From positions 1 through 28,177 of the forward strand of contig JAUNMD010000002.1 in the NCBI GenBank assembly GCA_030531915.1: 28,177 nt of DNA. Reading direction: 5' to 3'. Below the pieces are notes generated by a model. That model was not told the origin of the DNA. It made no database searches and worked only from the letters and a program-made list of their open reading frames with translations. Position 1 is the first letter of the stretch. The number at the start of each line of letters is the position of its first letter. This document shows positions 27,301 through 28,177 of this stretch, one piece after another. A program made the translations under genes and the position numbers. The DNA is from Pseudomonadota bacterium. GTDB lineage: Bacteria; Pseudomonadota; Alphaproteobacteria; Rs-D84.

Positions 27301-27682
27301 CACGATTTGATTTAAATTCTATAAAATGATCATGAGATGGCTTTGGTAATATGTGGAACCATTCTGTCTTTTCTGTGTGTTCTTGACCATCTGAATCTAT
27401 GTAAGTATTTGTTCCTCGTTCAATATCATGTTTTTGTAAATAGGCATGAAAATCAGTATCATGAAAAGTATCGCCCGAACCATCGTCATAAATAGCCGTT
27501 CCCGTCCATTCTATTTTGTATTTTATATCCGCTGTTTGTGTCTGTTGGCGAATACGCGCCTCTACATCCTGCTCTGTAAACCCAATCTTTGTCCACCCAT
27601 GATGTCGTGCAATTTCTGGGGTAGTATAAGCATAACACATTGGCACAACTTTTTTACTGGTATTGATGTGTATCTTTGCCAT
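24332..27682 (-). CDS. RM-associated GIY-YIG-like nuclease / SF2 helicase with C-terminal methyltransferase-like remnant
   Basis: N-terminal YAY...KIGFT...RIRQQ...TEWF; Walker A AKPRFGKT, DEAHEG, LSGTPF, YMQAAFRAQNP; C-terminal YIPPQKTNQIFTPKKVV...DLYMKSG without an NPPY-type motif. Confidence 0.8.
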   Translation of the reverse strand: MAKIHINTSKKVVPMCYAYTTPEIARHHGWTKIGFTEQDVEARIRQQTQTADIKYKIEWTGTAIYDDGSGDTFHDTDFHAYLQKHDIERGTNTYIDSDGQEHTEKTEWFHILPKPSHDHFIEFKSNRGILESLGSVEYKLREEQNTAVDNTKAYFKANEDDEPEFLWNAKPRFGKTLSTYDLCKQLGAKKVLIVTNRPAIANSWYDDYVKFMGTESGYYFVSQVDTLKGKKYVITREQYTKHLSDPNHKGCIEFVSLQDMKGSVFFGGRYDKLKEVADLEWDLLVIDEAHEGIDTYKTDMAFDQIRRKYTLHLSGTPFKALANSKFDEHAIFNWTYADEQRKKREWYEKQENLEIENPYESLPQLNLYTYQMSEIIRDKLKAGADFNSDGETEEYAFDLNEFFITKSDGTFKYEEDVDKFLDALVNKTKFPFSTPELRNELKHTFWLLNRVDSAKALAKKLKGHPVFGNGNYEVVLAAGNGKIDDEEENQKSFDKVKKAIAEHDKTITLSVGQLTTGITIPEWTAVLMLSNVQSPALYMQAAFRAQNPCLFKDGKKFYRKENAYVFDFDPARTLTIVEQFANNLSPDTSSGKGDIAIRKKHVYELLNFFPVYGEDEEGEMITLDAEKVLSIPRKIHSAEVVRRGFMSNFLFQNISNIFNAPTEIIDVIKQLEPTKEQVLVNQETKDSLSINDEGEVEVSQDIIIGQAHEVFGDKIYGLSQGLLDTVDEITQQKAGDPDEFAKYKAAFGTVTTSLVETAKESYGSEMSKSAQQAVTRAIASDANAALVKAYSSYQIENNKNELERKKEIEEATSKTEIAKINAKYDSQKNKIHKTFVDTVKGSVDTVVKKAGETIVKTVETEKRKKEKEGIEESVRAHLRGFSRTIPSFLMAYGDEDTTLENFDQIIPDAVFQDVTSITLDQFRFLRDGGDYTDSETGETKHFEGHLFDPVVFDDSVKEFLNLKAKLANYFDESSKEDIFDYIPPQKTNQIFTPKKVVKEMVDYLEQENPGCFDDPEKTFIDLYMKSGLYITEIVKRLYQSKEMRKKYPDNKERLKHIFEKQVYGLAPTEIIYKIATSYILGFDSDITIKKHNFRQYDALPAAQEGTLETELDKVFG

Positions 27683-28176
27683 TACGCCATCTCCATATAA
27701 TTTTTGATATTTCTTTCGGTTTTTGTCTGAAAATTATCAAACACGAATTTCTGAATATTTTGAGGCACTTTATATTTTTTCATCAATTCTTTATCTATTT
27801 CTTCTATAGATAAATTCCACCACAATTCGGTATAATCTTGGATTGGTATTGAACCCCAAGACGTTGTGCTATGTTGAGAAAACTTATTTAAATATAATAA
27901 GGCCCTTAAAAACTTTGTCATAAGATATTTTGAATGTTTTTCCGCTGTAATTGCATCGTCAAAGCATCCAGATTCAAGATATGACTCTGTACAAATTTCA
28001 TTTGGCGCTGCTATTATTATGTCAGAAAACGCTCCTCCTAAACCAGTCTTCTCTGACATGTTTCCCCAAGCATAAGGAACAAATACCTTATATTTATGCA
28101 TAGCATCGGATGTTTTTGGTAAAGTGTATCCGCTAGGAGCAAATTTTACTTTTCCGCTTTTGCAATATATTTTTAT
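27682..28176 (-). CDS. C-terminal (specificity-like) part of a probable Eco57I-type RM methyltransferase, truncated by window edge
   Basis: Frame stays open from 28101 to the window end (IKIYCKSGKVKFAPSGYTLPKTSDAMHKYK...). Tail KFLRALL...W..IP.QDYT..W...IDKELMKKY is typical of such proteins. TAATG coupling to the helicase gene. Confidence 0.55.
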   Translation of the reverse strand: MKIYCKSGKVKFAPSGYTLPKTSDAMHKYKVFVPYAWGNMSEKTGLGGAFSDIIIAAPNEICTESYLESGCFDDAITAEKHSKYLMTKFLRALLYLNKFSQHSTTSWGSIPIQDYTELWWNLSIEEIDKELMKKYKVPQNIQKFVFDNFQTKTERNIKNYMEMA

Positions 28177-28177
28177 A

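Larger units (their letters stand above)
15000..28177. other. Anti-phage defence hotspot (right end beyond window)
   Basis: Clustering of Mrr, Gabija-like pair, RM-type pair, Fic and HNH-like genes; visibly AT-richer blocks than the left half; long non-coding gaps. Confidence 0.8.

Overview
Bacterial chromosomal window with two halves. Positions 1-~14,960 are host-like: a surface-polysaccharide glycosyltransferase cluster (partial GT2, GT8-GT4 fusion, a probably frameshifted GT-B gene), an orphan Mtd_N (phage tail-fibre-like) gene, ldh, a GNAT, a membrane-anchored CPHC redoxin, cvpA, an HNH-like gene, tRNA-Thr(TGT), a U32/TrhP-like protein and a run of outer-membrane/secreted genes. Positions ~15,000-28,177 are a compositionally mosaic anti-phage defence hotspot: Mrr, a Gabija-type OLD nuclease + UvrD helicase pair, an ADP-ribosylglycohydrolase, a small UDG-fold-like protein, a Fic protein, a second HNH-like gene and a GIY-YIG/helicase + methyltransferase-type RM pair cut by the window edge. 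No integrase or transposase is visible. The most unusual signals are: (i) the UDG-like + ADP-ribosylglycohydrolase two-gene module inside the defence island; (ii) a palindrome CAACC-N3-GGTTG repeated seven times (four perfect) in the island's larger intergenic gaps; (iii) tandem hairpins with an identical 10-nt loop in an outer-membrane gene leader; (iv) a heptamer tandem repeat in a signal-peptide coding region. Gene style suggests a small-genome Gram-negative, perhaps an uncultured gut alphaproteobacterium (Ca. Enterousia-like), but that is only an impression. All family assignments come from motifs read by eye; no searches were run and GC statements are visual estimates.
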